Part shown: positions 26,858 to 36,693 of the stretch, piece after piece | How the letters are laid out: each line of letters opens with the position of its first letter | Position numbering within the stretch: the stretch's first letter is position 1 | Assembly: GCF_964204645.1 (NCBI RefSeq) | Contig: NC_134027.1 | Coordinates: 15,284,485 to 15,348,484, forward strand | Direction: 5' to 3' | DNA: 64,000 nt | Source: Tubulanus polymorphus | Taxonomy: Eukaryota; Animalia; Nemertea | Made by a program: the position numbers and the translations under genes | The notes under the pieces: model-generated | What the model saw: only the letters and a program-made list of their open reading frames with translations | Told to the model about the DNA's origin: nothing | Databases searched by the model: none

Positions 26858-27213
26858 AGTAATAGGGATAATAGGCTTTCATACCAAAGGTCGAAGGGTC
26901 GAGCTCGTAAAAAAATGAAAATAATAATTTACAGTTGAATTAGTCGCGCACACTCCTAATTCAACTGTAAATTATTATTATTTTCATTTTTTTACTCACT
27001 CGCCCCTTCAACCTTTGATACGAAAGCCTATTATCCCTATTACTCTTAAAATATTCACATAAATGAATAACATTTAAATCATTGAACTTCTAAAATCAAT
27101 TTTAATAAAAAATATAGTATTAAAATGGAAGCAAATAAATACTACTGCCCAACATGTAATATCGATATAGATAAATCCCAAAAAGCAAGACACAATAAAA
27201 CTAGAACACATTT
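26858..27213 (+). repeat. Left terminal inverted repeat (356 bp), including a 187-bp hairpin and the polB start
   Basis: Reverse complement of 39826-40181, with no mismatch seen on reading. Confidence 0.93.
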
Positions 27214-30200
27214 AGAGAATAAATTGAAACTAGAGTATGAAGATGATATATTAGAAACTAAATTAGAAGAATTAAAGAATGAAAAAGAAACATATAAATG
27301 TGATATATGTAATCAATCATTCAGTGATAAAAGATATTATAAAGAACATTTAAAATCTATAAGTCATATTAGAAATAAGAATAATGATATTTTAGGTGAA
27401 GATTATTTTGATAATGATAACGATAAGAAACAGAAGACAATTAAAAGAATAAAAAATAAATTAAACAATAAAAGACCATACATGGAAGATGTAAGAAATT
27501 ATATTAATTCATTAGATAAAAAAAAAGATATAGAGATAACCGAAGCATTTAAAAGTGATATTGGTCCAGCAGCTATCGAGTTTAAATTTCATAAAGGTAA
27601 AACATTAGAAGAAAATAAAAAACATTTAGAAAATATGAAAGAAATAATAAAAATAATTACAGATGTTGAATATCCTAAAATTAGTATATCAGTTAAAGTA
27701 AAGTTTATAAAATCTGAAGATAAACCAATATATAATATAAATTCTCATTCACAACATATTATATCTAAACAACATATAGATGATAAATTAGAAAAATGTT
27801 ATAATGAAATAAAAACTAAAATAGAAGAAAAATATTTTGAAGGATCTGGTTTAATATTTGATGAGATAATATTTATAACTTTACATGTTTATAACACAAA
27901 ATATAATAAGTTAACTAAATCAAAACCAATTGATGAAAATAATTTATCATATTATAAAGATGATAGTATAAATGGAACAAGTTATATTAAACTACCATTT
28001 AAAACTAATGCTGTAATAAATATACAAAATGAAGACGAAAAATGTTTTCTATGGGCTATAATAAGTTGTTTACATCCAACAGAAGATATTACACATAGTT
28101 TTAGATTAACTCATTATAAACCATTTGAAAATAATTATAAGATAGATAAGTATCCTGTTAGAATTAAAAACATCCCCAAAATAGAAAGAGATAATAATCT
28201 TAAAATAAATGTATTTGATTTAATTAAATTACCAAATACAAAAGGAAATAATATTAAACATTATACATTAGAACCTTTATACCTATCAAAAGATTATGAT
28301 TCAAACGATGTTATAGATATATTATATTATGAGAATCATTATATGTGGATTAAACAAATAGATTTATTTTTTAGAACAGAAAGTGATCACCATAATAAAA
28401 TATATCTATGTAGAAAATGTTTACATAGATTTAGTAATGAAAGTACATTATTAAATCATAAACAACTATGTGATAATCATGATTATTGTAAATTAGTTTT
28501 ACCAAATGAAAAAGATAAAATATTAGAATTCAAAAAATATGATTACAAAAATAAAGTACCATTTGTAATATATGGAGATTTTGAATCATTAAATAAAGAA
28601 TTAACAGATAAAGATAGAAAAGATATATATTATAAAAGAAAGAAATTAAATTCTAATGAAAGTGATTATTCAGATGAACCACCAATAACAAATACAATTA
28701 AAAAGATTCATCAATCAGCTGCTGCTTTCGGGTTATATATTAAATCTAATTATCCAGAACTAATCGAAAGTGAATATTATAATTATAGAAATGAAAATGT
28801 TATCAATCATTTTTGTGACTTATTAATTGAATATGAAATAAGATTTAATGAAAAGTTAAATAAAAATATAGAAATTATAATGACAGAAGAAGATAAAGAA
28901 GAATTTGAGTTTGCAGATAAATGTTATTATTGTGAAAAGATATTTAATTGTAAAGATAAAAAAGTAAGAGACCATGATCATTTGAATGGAAAGTTTAGAG
29001 GCGCAGCGCATGAGAATTGTAACTTACAAGCTAAGAAAATTAACTTTGTACCAGTTATATTTCATAATCTATCAGGATATGATGCACATTTATTTATCAA
29101 ACAGTTATGTCATAAAATAGAAGAAATCAATAATGAAATAGAAATATTAAATTCAAATAGATCAAAAGATAAAATACCAACTTATAAATTTAGAATGTTA
29201 GCTAAAACATCTGAGAATTATATATCATTCCAATTTGGTTGTCTAAGATTTATAGATTCATATAGATTTTTAAGTAGTTCATTAGACAATCTATCAAAAT
29301 CATTAGTTGATTATGAATTAAAGATATTAAAAGAATATTACCCAAATTATGATGATTTTAAATTAATGAGATATAAAGGAGCGATTCCATATTCTTTCTA
29401 TAAAAATCATAATGATTTTAATATAACTGAATTATTAAAAGAACAATTTTATGATGAATTAAAAAATGAATATGTTAAAGATGAAGTTTATAATAGAACA
29501 TTGAATATTTGGAATCATTTCAAAATAGAAAATCATGGTCAATTAGTAGATTTATATTTAAAATCAGATGTATTATTATTAACCGATATATTCGAAAGGT
29601 TTAGAGATGTAAACCTAAAATATTTTAACATTGATCCTTGTCATTGTTATTCATCACCAGGATTAACATGGGATTGTGGATTAAAATTTACAGATATAAA
29701 AATGGATTTGTTAACAAATATAGATCAATTACTATTATTTGAAAAATCTATAAGAGGAGGTGTTTCAGGTGTATTGGGTGATAGATATTTCAATGTAAAT
29801 GATAATCCTGGATATAAATTATTATACATAGATGCAAATAATCTTTATGGTTGGGCAATGATGGAACCACAACCTTATGGGATGTTTGAAATAACTGAAG
29901 TTTTACAAATTGATAAATTTGATTGGAAGAAAAGAATCCTAGATATTGCAGATGATTCAGATACTGGTTACTTCTTTGTTGTAGACTTGGAATACCCTGA
30001 AAACATTAAATTCAAATCTAGAAATCTAGCATATTGTCCCGAACATAAAACTGTTAAACATGAAGAATTATCAAATTATCAAAAAAGAATTAAACCCGAT
30101 AATCATATTCATACTGAAAAGTTAATGGTAACTCAAGAAGATAAATATAATTACGTTGTGCATTATAGAATGTTGAAGTTTTATTTGAATCAAGGAATGA

Positions 30201-31156
30201 TATTAAAAAAAGTACATAGATATATTTCATTTAATCAATCTAAATGGTTAGAAAAATATATAGATTTTAATACTACACAGAGAACTAAATCTAAAACTGA
30301 TTTTGAAAAAGATTTCTTCAAGTTAATGAATAATGCATTCTATGGTAAGACTTGTGAAAATATTAGAAATAGAAATGATATTGAGTTAGTTAGTAATGGT
30401 AAAAGAATTAGGCATTTACAATCATATCCTAAGTTTATAGGTAACAGAATATTTGATGAAAATTTAGCAGCAGTTAAAATGAAAAGAACTTCAATGAAGT
30501 TCAATAAACCTATTTATGTTGGTGCATCAGTTCTAGAAATTTCAAAGTTATTAATGTATCAATTTTATTATAACATATTACAACCTCATTTTGGAGAAAA
30601 ACATATAGAAATCTTATATTTTGATACAGATTCTTACATATTAAAGATAAAAACTGATAACATAACAGATGATTTAAAAACATTAAAACATCATTTTGAT
30701 TTTAGTAACTATCCTAAAGATCATGAATTGTTTAGCAATGATAATAAAAAAGTTCCAGGGAAGTTTAAGGATGAATTAGGTGGTGAAGAAATGATAGAGT
30801 TTATTGGTATTAGATCTAAAATGTATTCATATAAAACTAAAGAACATGAAGCTAAAAAGTTAAAAGGAATAACCAAAAGCGTTGTTGAAAAGAATATTCA
30901 TTTTAAAGATTACATCAATTGTATATTTAATGAAGAAGTTAGAAAACATAAGATGAAATGTTTAAGATCTGAGTACCACGAAATGTTTATTGAAGAGATA
31001 GAGAAGATAAGTCTAAACCCATTTGATGATAAAAGATATATTTTAGATGATGGAATCCACACAGTCGCCTATGGTTGCAATTTAGATGAATATATAAAAT
31101 TCAAAAGAGAAGAAACAAAAGAAAATGAAATTATGAAAAGGATTCTAACGTGTTAA
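27125..31156 (+). CDS. polB: Protein-primed family B DNA polymerase polyprotein (zinc fingers, putative terminal protein, OTU-like protease, exonuclease with endonuclease VII-like insert, polymerase)
   Basis: 1343 aa. ExoI YGDFES, ExoII FHNLSGYD, ExoIII YLKSDV, Pol A YIDANNLYG, B KLMNNAFYGK, C YFDTDS. OTU-like NEDEKCFLWAI...ENHY. CYYC..RDHDHLNGKFRGAAHENCN insert. Confidence 0.96.
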   Translation: MEANKYYCPTCNIDIDKSQKARHNKTRTHLENKLKLEYEDDILETKLEELKNEKETYKCDICNQSFSDKRYYKEHLKSISHIRNKNNDILGEDYFDNDNDKKQKTIKRIKNKLNNKRPYMEDVRNYINSLDKKKDIEITEAFKSDIGPAAIEFKFHKGKTLEENKKHLENMKEIIKIITDVEYPKISISVKVKFIKSEDKPIYNINSHSQHIISKQHIDDKLEKCYNEIKTKIEEKYFEGSGLIFDEIIFITLHVYNTKYNKLTKSKPIDENNLSYYKDDSINGTSYIKLPFKTNAVINIQNEDEKCFLWAIISCLHPTEDITHSFRLTHYKPFENNYKIDKYPVRIKNIPKIERDNNLKINVFDLIKLPNTKGNNIKHYTLEPLYLSKDYDSNDVIDILYYENHYMWIKQIDLFFRTESDHHNKIYLCRKCLHRFSNESTLLNHKQLCDNHDYCKLVLPNEKDKILEFKKYDYKNKVPFVIYGDFESLNKELTDKDRKDIYYKRKKLNSNESDYSDEPPITNTIKKIHQSAAAFGLYIKSNYPELIESEYYNYRNENVINHFCDLLIEYEIRFNEKLNKNIEIIMTEEDKEEFEFADKCYYCEKIFNCKDKKVRDHDHLNGKFRGAAHENCNLQAKKINFVPVIFHNLSGYDAHLFIKQLCHKIEEINNEIEILNSNRSKDKIPTYKFRMLAKTSENYISFQFGCLRFIDSYRFLSSSLDNLSKSLVDYELKILKEYYPNYDDFKLMRYKGAIPYSFYKNHNDFNITELLKEQFYDELKNEYVKDEVYNRTLNIWNHFKIENHGQLVDLYLKSDVLLLTDIFERFRDVNLKYFNIDPCHCYSSPGLTWDCGLKFTDIKMDLLTNIDQLLLFEKSIRGGVSGVLGDRYFNVNDNPGYKLLYIDANNLYGWAMMEPQPYGMFEITEVLQIDKFDWKKRILDIADDSDTGYFFVVDLEYPENIKFKSRNLAYCPEHKTVKHEELSNYQKRIKPDNHIHTEKLMVTQEDKYNYVVHYRMLKFYLNQGMILKKVHRYISFNQSKWLEKYIDFNTTQRTKSKTDFEKDFFKLMNNAFYGKTCENIRNRNDIELVSNGKRIRHLQSYPKFIGNRIFDENLAAVKMKRTSMKFNKPIYVGASVLEISKLLMYQFYYNILQPHFGEKHIEILYFDTDSYILKIKTDNITDDLKTLKHHFDFSNYPKDHELFSNDNKKVPGKFKDELGGEEMIEFIGIRSKMYSYKTKEHEAKKLKGITKSVVEKNIHFKDYINCIFNEEVRKHKMKCLRSEYHEMFIEEIEKISLNPFDDKRYILDDGIHTVAYGCNLDEYIKFKREETKENEIMKRILTC

Positions 31157-31184
31157 TCAATTTCAATAAAAATTTGTATAATAA

Positions 31185-31526
31185 ATGGAGAGTAAACAAG
31201 TACACAGTGAATTCTTAGATAGAATTAAAGATACCACAAATGTAAAATCTGTAGATTATAAATTCAAAAAGTTAACAGAATTAACAATTCACAAGAAATA
31301 TTTAATTACAAATATTGTTACAGTTACTAACAAATATGGAGATAAATTAGTAATTCATTTAGAATATGAAGGATTAAAAGGAAATAAATATAAATTCAGA
31401 ACTTATTTACCAGATAGATTTCATAGATTATCAAGTGAAGATCTAGAAGAATTATGTTCTGGAGATTTCTATTTCGTATACAAAGGTAAGAATGAAAAAG
31501 GGCACCATGAAATAGATTTCGAATGA
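31185..31526 (+). CDS. Conserved 113-aa Polinton-associated protein, possibly an OB-fold ssDNA-binding protein
   Basis: Intact here and at 58348-58689, with pattern FKKLTEL..KYLI....TNKYG....LPDRF. The function is inferred. Confidence 0.75.
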   Translation: MESKQVHSEFLDRIKDTTNVKSVDYKFKKLTELTIHKKYLITNIVTVTNKYGDKLVIHLEYEGLKGNKYKFRTYLPDRFHRLSSEDLEELCSGDFYFVYKGKNEKGHHEIDFE

Positions 31527-31543
31527 GAAAATATGTAAAATAA

Positions 31544-32302
31544 ATGGTGGAATTAAAAGAATACAGAATATTTGTTGATTCTAGAAAACTTACAAATTAT
31601 AAATCTCATAATTTATTAGTACAATTAGATAGAGAATTTAAGAATTGTGTAGATTTAAAATTAGTAAATATAAGTTTATGTAATTCTTTTTATAATATAT
31701 CGGATAAAACTATTGAACATAGATTGTTTATGATTTTTGATAGAAATACTGATAAATGGTATCATATATTTATAAGACCAGGATTATATAATTTAGAAAC
31801 ATTAGCGCAGGAAATTAATAGAAGAGCTAGGGCAAAAATAGGCGCTGCTGCTGGATTTGTAATTAAATTTTTAAAAAGTGATATCAATAATAAAGTAAGA
31901 ATAAAGTTAGATAAAAGTGAACAATATAAATTTTTAGTTAAAAAACCTATGGCTAAACTGTTAGGAATTAATCTAGATAAACTTTATTCAAATGTTGACA
32001 TTACACCAAACTTAATACCTTACACACATTTTTATATTTATTGCAATTTAATTGACCCAACAAAAACATTTGAAGCAACTAAAGATACAACATGTAATTC
32101 TAGTATATTAAATATTTTACCATTGAAGAATGTTAAAGAATTTGGAACGCAAATAAATTATAATTTAACAGAATGTGATTTCAAACCTTGCATTCCTCAT
32201 TTTAATAATTTTAGATTAGAAATTAGAAATCATAATGGATACTTAATTGATTTAAATAATTTTCCTGTAATTTATGAATTAGTTATAAGATGTAAAGAGT
32301 AA
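31544..32302 (+). CDS. Minor capsid (penton) protein
   Basis: 252 aa with Polinton penton-like motifs VDSR, SFYNI, IRPGLYN, YIYCNLI and a C-terminal FRLEIRNHNGYLIDLNNFPVIYELVI. Confidence 0.8.
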   Translation: MVELKEYRIFVDSRKLTNYKSHNLLVQLDREFKNCVDLKLVNISLCNSFYNISDKTIEHRLFMIFDRNTDKWYHIFIRPGLYNLETLAQEINRRARAKIGAAAGFVIKFLKSDINNKVRIKLDKSEQYKFLVKKPMAKLLGINLDKLYSNVDITPNLIPYTHFYIYCNLIDPTKTFEATKDTTCNSSILNILPLKNVKEFGTQINYNLTECDFKPCIPHFNNFRLEIRNHNGYLIDLNNFPVIYELVIRCKE

Positions 32303-32318
32303 TTTTTTCATTATATAA

Positions 32319-32708
32319 ATGAATATAACTGTTGGACCGAGTATATGTTTTGGGTTTGATTTTAAACATGGTAAAGAAATGAGAATTAAACTAAATGATG
32401 TAATTACTGATATAAAAAGTAAATCATTTAACAATGCATCAATGATTGATAAAGAAAAGTATAATATAGAAAAAGTAATTGATTTAATTAAATCACCTTT
32501 AGAATATTATGAATTAAATGAAGATGGAATTATTGAAGATATTAAAAACATATTATCCAAAATATATGATAATCATAAAACTAGTAATGAAATAAATGTT
32601 GAATTAATCATAAATAAGTTAACTAAATATTTTGATGATAGTAATTTACTATCAGTAACTTACAGTTATTACTATCAGTTGGAACTGTTGGTTATTCAAT
32701 GGTATTAA
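32319..32708 (+). CDS. Hypothetical protein (129 aa), 3' end possibly chimeric
   Basis: Open ORF with an ATAAATG start like its neighbours. No recognisable domain. Confidence 0.6.
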   Translation: MNITVGPSICFGFDFKHGKEMRIKLNDVITDIKSKSFNNASMIDKEKYNIEKVIDLIKSPLEYYELNEDGIIEDIKNILSKIYDNHKTSNEINVELIINKLTKYFDDSNLLSVTYSYYYQLELLVIQWY

Positions 32709-32845
32709 AAAAAGTATTCAAAATGGGAAGTGTTAATGTTGATAGATTTGATATAAATGATATTTTAAAGTTAACATTAGCAGTTACTTTATCTAATTTA
32801 ACAATTGATTATTTGGAAAAACAAAAATATATTCCTCCCATATAA
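32699..32845 (+). CDS. Small hydrophobic ORF or N-truncated remnant (48 aa)
   Basis: MVLKKVFKMGSVNVDRFDINDILKLTLAVTLSNLTIDYLEKQKYIPPI. The frame stays open upstream (LLLSVGTVGYS) without an ATG. Confidence 0.45.
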   Translation: MVLKKVFKMGSVNVDRFDINDILKLTLAVTLSNLTIDYLEKQKYIPPI

Positions 32846-32869
32846 ATGCATAATTTTTTTGCTAAATAA

Positions 32870-33442
32870 ATGGCTTCTGCAATTATAACTATTATAGGAT
32901 CGGCAATTGTTAAGTTAGATAAATTTAAAACTGTAACTATTAATGCAAATGATGAAATAATAAATGAGAATATTAACTTCCCAAGAAGATCTATTAAAGG
33001 TATATTAATATTTTTTACCATTGGAACGTATACTAATGGTGCAATAAATGTTGATAATTATTATAATCCTGAAATAACAAAAGTAGAAATAACTATCGAA
33101 GGAATAGCAAATAAAATATTTTGTCAAGGAATGAGAATGATAGATCAATGGGTAGAAATTAAAAAACATTTTATGAATGAAAAAGTAAAATCATTTGAAA
33201 ATTGTAACATTAATCAAATTGATTATTATACCGGCAATAAATATGCATTATGGTTAGATTTTAGAACAACTGAAGATAACTTATTACATGGTTCTGGAAA
33301 AAAACTACAGAACACTAAAGATGGAATACAATTATTCATGACAAAGAAAAAGGGAATCAAAAATTTTAAAATGCATATTTATATTATATCTGACGCACAA
33401 TTAAATATTATAAATTCACAATTAGATAGTGTTATGTATTAA
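32870..33442 (+). CDS. N-truncated major capsid protein (C-terminal ~174 aa fused to a hydrophobic 16-aa leader)
   Basis: From DKFK onward it aligns with 6118-6599 of the full MCP pseudogene. The leader MASAIITIIGSAIVKL has no counterpart in that MCP. Confidence 0.8.
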   Translation: MASAIITIIGSAIVKLDKFKTVTINANDEIINENINFPRRSIKGILIFFTIGTYTNGAINVDNYYNPEITKVEITIEGIANKIFCQGMRMIDQWVEIKKHFMNEKVKSFENCNINQIDYYTGNKYALWLDFRTTEDNLLHGSGKKLQNTKDGIQLFMTKKKGIKNFKMHIYIISDAQLNIINSQLDSVMY

Positions 33443-33474
33443 AATTTTAACTTTAATAAAAATGTATATAATAA

Positions 33475-34410
33475 ATGGAAGGAGGTAAAGTATATAAACA
33501 TATTCCATACATCGATACACATGAAAATAATGATGGTTTATATTATGTAATACCTTGTAATATAGCTTTGATATTTGATCCTATTTTTAAAAATTATAAA
33601 ACTAAACTGATAGAAATCGATAATAATAAAAGTGGTGTTGTTGATAATTTAAGTAATGTAATTGATAATAATGAAATACCTTCTACATCAAATAATATAA
33701 TACCTTCTACATCTGTAATACCTTCTACATCTAATAACGTAATACCTTCTACATCAAATAATATAATACCTTCTACATCTAATAACATAATACCTTCTAC
33801 ATCTAATAATGCAATAATATTAAATGTTAGTGAAAATAGAAATTATTGTGGTTATTGTAATGGTGAATTTTCAAACGCTCCATCAAATTGGAATAAACAT
33901 ATGAATACAAATTCACATATTACTAATGTTATAGAACGTGTTGGTAAAAAAGAATTTATAGAACACCCATTTAGATATGTTACAAAGTTTGTTTCAAATA
34001 AAAAAGTAAATGGTGAAAAAATGTATGAAGATTTATTATCAGCAACACCTAATAAAGATGAATTAGATTTAACCAATGCTAATGAAATATTAGGATCAAA
34101 CACTGTAAATGAAATATTAGGAGCAAACACTAATAAAGATGATAATGAAAATGATGCCATAAAGCACCCACATGATGATATAGTTACAGTTAAACATATT
34201 GATATTAAAGATTCTATGAAACATAAAGTAGAAACTTTTGATGATATGATAGAAAGGATAAAAAAGGAAAAAAAGGCGAAAAAGGTGAAAAAGGTGAAAA
34301 AAAATTATAAAGATGTTAATGTAGATTCGGTAGAGCATTTAAATATGTTGTTAGAGTCATCTGATAGTGAAAGTGATTCAGAAATTGATTATCTAACACT
34401 CAAAAAGTAA
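33475..34410 (+). CDS. Low-complexity protein with IPSTSNN repeats and a zinc finger
   Basis: 311 aa with six IPSTS repeats, CGYC...KHMNTNSH, and a basic then acidic tail. Confidence 0.8.
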   Translation: MEGGKVYKHIPYIDTHENNDGLYYVIPCNIALIFDPIFKNYKTKLIEIDNNKSGVVDNLSNVIDNNEIPSTSNNIIPSTSVIPSTSNNVIPSTSNNIIPSTSNNIIPSTSNNAIILNVSENRNYCGYCNGEFSNAPSNWNKHMNTNSHITNVIERVGKKEFIEHPFRYVTKFVSNKKVNGEKMYEDLLSATPNKDELDLTNANEILGSNTVNEILGANTNKDDNENDAIKHPHDDIVTVKHIDIKDSMKHKVETFDDMIERIKKEKKAKKVKKVKKNYKDVNVDSVEHLNMLLESSDSESDSEIDYLTLKK

Positions 34411-34467
34411 TAAAGGTTAAAAATTGTATAAAATAATAGTAAATAAAAAAAGGGTTTAAATTATTTA

Positions 34468-34545
34468 AGGTATCTAATAGGGTAACAGGTATTAGGGTAT
34501 CAGGTATTAGGGTATCAGGTATTAGGGTATCTAATACATAGGTAT
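34468..34545. repeat. 15-bp tandem repeat (CAGGTATTAGGGTAT) between convergent genes
   Basis: Three exact units plus degenerate flanking units. Confidence 0.85.
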
Positions 34546-34553
34546 ACAAATAG

Positions 34554-35165
34554 TTATTTTATAAATTTGTATTCATATGGAAATTGTAATCTCAGTAATA
34601 ATTTTGAACCTTTATTATTCTTTAATTTATTCATATATTCATCATGTAATTCAGTAGGTATAATTTGATTTTCTTCCAATGATTGTTGCATAGATTTTCT
34701 ATCTTTGTTATAAAATAAAACTAGAAATCTTATATTCTCTCTAAAATCTTTCACAATTGAATTATATTTCTGATTTAAAACCCAAGTTGTTATCCCAAAA
34801 TGTCTACCAGAGAAAGCTAAATAACATAACTCACTTTCTCTCACTTTTGAATCATGTAAATTTGCGCAATCATCTACAATGAATAATGTATTTGATCCTT
34901 TATAAGTATCAATCGCTATTTTTATACAATTATCTAAATTTTCTTTTACTGTTTTAGGATTTAATATAATAAACTTTTTTATCTTAACTATATCTCTATT
35001 ATATGTTTTATTCATTTCATAAGTAGGACAGAATAATATTATATTATCAAAATGATTTTTATAAATAGTTTCTAATAAATATAATATGAAGTGTGTTTTA
35101 CCACAATTTGTAACTCCAGTAACTAACATATTATGTGGTTCAAATATAAATAAATCTTTATTCAT
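34554..35165 (-). CDS. A32/FtsK-HerA-type genome packaging ATPase
   Basis: Walker A GVTNCGKT, Walker B FIVDD, SGRH motif and NQKY. Confidence 0.92.
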   Translation of the reverse strand: MNKDLFIFEPHNMLVTGVTNCGKTHFILYLLETIYKNHFDNIILFCPTYEMNKTYNRDIVKIKKFIILNPKTVKENLDNCIKIAIDTYKGSNTLFIVDDCANLHDSKVRESELCYLAFSGRHFGITTWVLNQKYNSIVKDFRENIRFLVLFYNKDRKSMQQSLEENQIIPTELHDEYMNKLKNNKGSKLLLRLQFPYEYKFIK

Positions 35166-36273
35166 TTATTCTTTTAATTTTACTAGATAAAATCCATTCA
35201 TTAAATTTATCATCATATCCTTTATATTTCACCAAAGAATACTTTTTTCCTTTAAGAGTTTTAGTTTTTAATACCTTTTCTATTTTGTATTCTATTTCAT
35301 CTGGATTTGGTACTAATGATAATTCTTGTTCATAAAAATAACCTAATATTTCTTCATCTTTTAAATCAAACAATTTATAAACAAATGGTTTAGTTAATAT
35401 TATCTTTTTAATTTTAAATATTTCTTCTGTAAAATTAGGGGTATAACCTTTATAAAATGTTTTTCTATATTTAGAAATTCTAACATGTTGTCCAATTTTA
35501 AATTTAGGTTCTCCAAAATCATGTGTAACAAACGCTCCATATAAATTATTCCAAACTATTTCTGAATTTTCTTCTTTTCTAGCTTGTATAGGTTTCATAT
35601 TTATAGAACTATGTTTAGAATTATTATAACCTTTAACTAAATCATCTAACACATTGATATATTTGTATGTTTCATTAGCGGTGAAATATTTCCACATTCT
35701 AGTTTTCAATGTTTTATTAAATCTTTCTATAACGGATGCTTTTTTATCTGAATGTGTTGAAAAATATTCTACATCGTTATCAGATAATAGTTTTTTGAAA
35801 TGTTTGTTATAAAATTCCTTACCTTCATCAAATTGTATCTTATCTGGAATAGCTTCTTTAAATATTAATTTGAAAGAATTTGTAACTTCTATACCAGTTT
35901 TATTTTTAATCGGGATACTCCATGCGTATCTACTGAATATATCTATAACATTTAATATCCAAAAATATCCTTTGTTATATTCTTCTAAGTTTTTCATATC
36001 AATTAAATCAGCTTGCCATTGTTGGTCAATATATGAAACCATTACTTTTCTTGTTAAATATTTTTTATCCATCTTTTTATGAATTTGATATGTGGGTTGA
36101 TTTTGTAACCATGATTTTAATTCACCATATTTTATACCACCATGTGGGTGCCATACGGCACCATCACTATTATCAGATTTAATTTTATTCCATAATTCTG
36201 AAACGTTAGAATATGATACTTCACTTTCTGGGTTATAATATAACGCTCTTAAATATTGTTCTTTTTTCATCAT
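35158..36273 (-). CDS. Retroviral-like (rve) DDE integrase with C-terminal chromodomain
   Basis: WQADLIDM, IQFDEGKEF, VIERFNKTLK; chromodomain YKIEKVL...LVKYKGYDDKFNEWI. Confidence 0.95.
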   Translation of the reverse strand: MMKKEQYLRALYYNPESEVSYSNVSELWNKIKSDNSDGAVWHPHGGIKYGELKSWLQNQPTYQIHKKMDKKYLTRKVMVSYIDQQWQADLIDMKNLEEYNKGYFWILNVIDIFSRYAWSIPIKNKTGIEVTNSFKLIFKEAIPDKIQFDEGKEFYNKHFKKLLSDNDVEYFSTHSDKKASVIERFNKTLKTRMWKYFTANETYKYINVLDDLVKGYNNSKHSSINMKPIQARKEENSEIVWNNLYGAFVTHDFGEPKFKIGQHVRISKYRKTFYKGYTPNFTEEIFKIKKIILTKPFVYKLFDLKDEEILGYFYEQELSLVPNPDEIEYKIEKVLKTKTLKGKKYSLVKYKGYDDKFNEWILSSKIKRINE

Positions 36274-36276
36274 ATT

Positions 36277-36693
36277 TTAATCCATTAATAATATTTTAGA
36301 TTTATTTTCATTTGATTTATGATTTGACTTATTTTCTGGTATAATAGGTTTATTGTCTGTACACGGATAACTAAGTTTCCGTTCATCATTGGAATCATCT
36401 TTATCATCAGATTTGAATTTTGATTTATATATTACACCGGATAATATAATAACTGTTACTAATCCAATTGTAATATATAATTTATAATTACTTCCAGCAT
36501 TAGAAGAATTAGATGGATTATTATTTGAATCAATACCACCGTGTGGGTGCCGTACGGCATCATCAGGTGATTCATTTATATCAGTTAATTTCTTTTTCTT
36601 AGCTTTTTTTAATTCTGAAGATCTTTTACCTAATTCTCTTGCCCATTTAATTTGTTTCTCGGATCTAGCCTTTTTCTTAACTCCATCACTCAT
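36277..36693 (-). CDS. Hypothetical single-pass membrane protein (138 aa)
   Basis: Basic N-terminus and TM segment LYITIGLVTVIILSGVIY. A homologous start is present in copy A at about 15220. Confidence 0.75.
   Translation of the reverse strand: MSDGVKKKARSEKQIKWARELGKRSSELKKAKKKKLTDINESPDDAVRHPHGGIDSNNNPSNSSNAGSNYKLYITIGLVTVIILSGVIYKSKFKSDDKDDSNDERKLSYPCTDNKPIIPENKSNHKSNENKSKILLMD

Noticed and set aside
33594-34338. Minus-strand ORFs 33594-33788, 33852-34160 and 34117-34338 (also 17519-17734, 32809-33021, 35870-36082)
   Set aside because: They are antisense shadows of real or repetitive coding sequence, with no motifs of their own.
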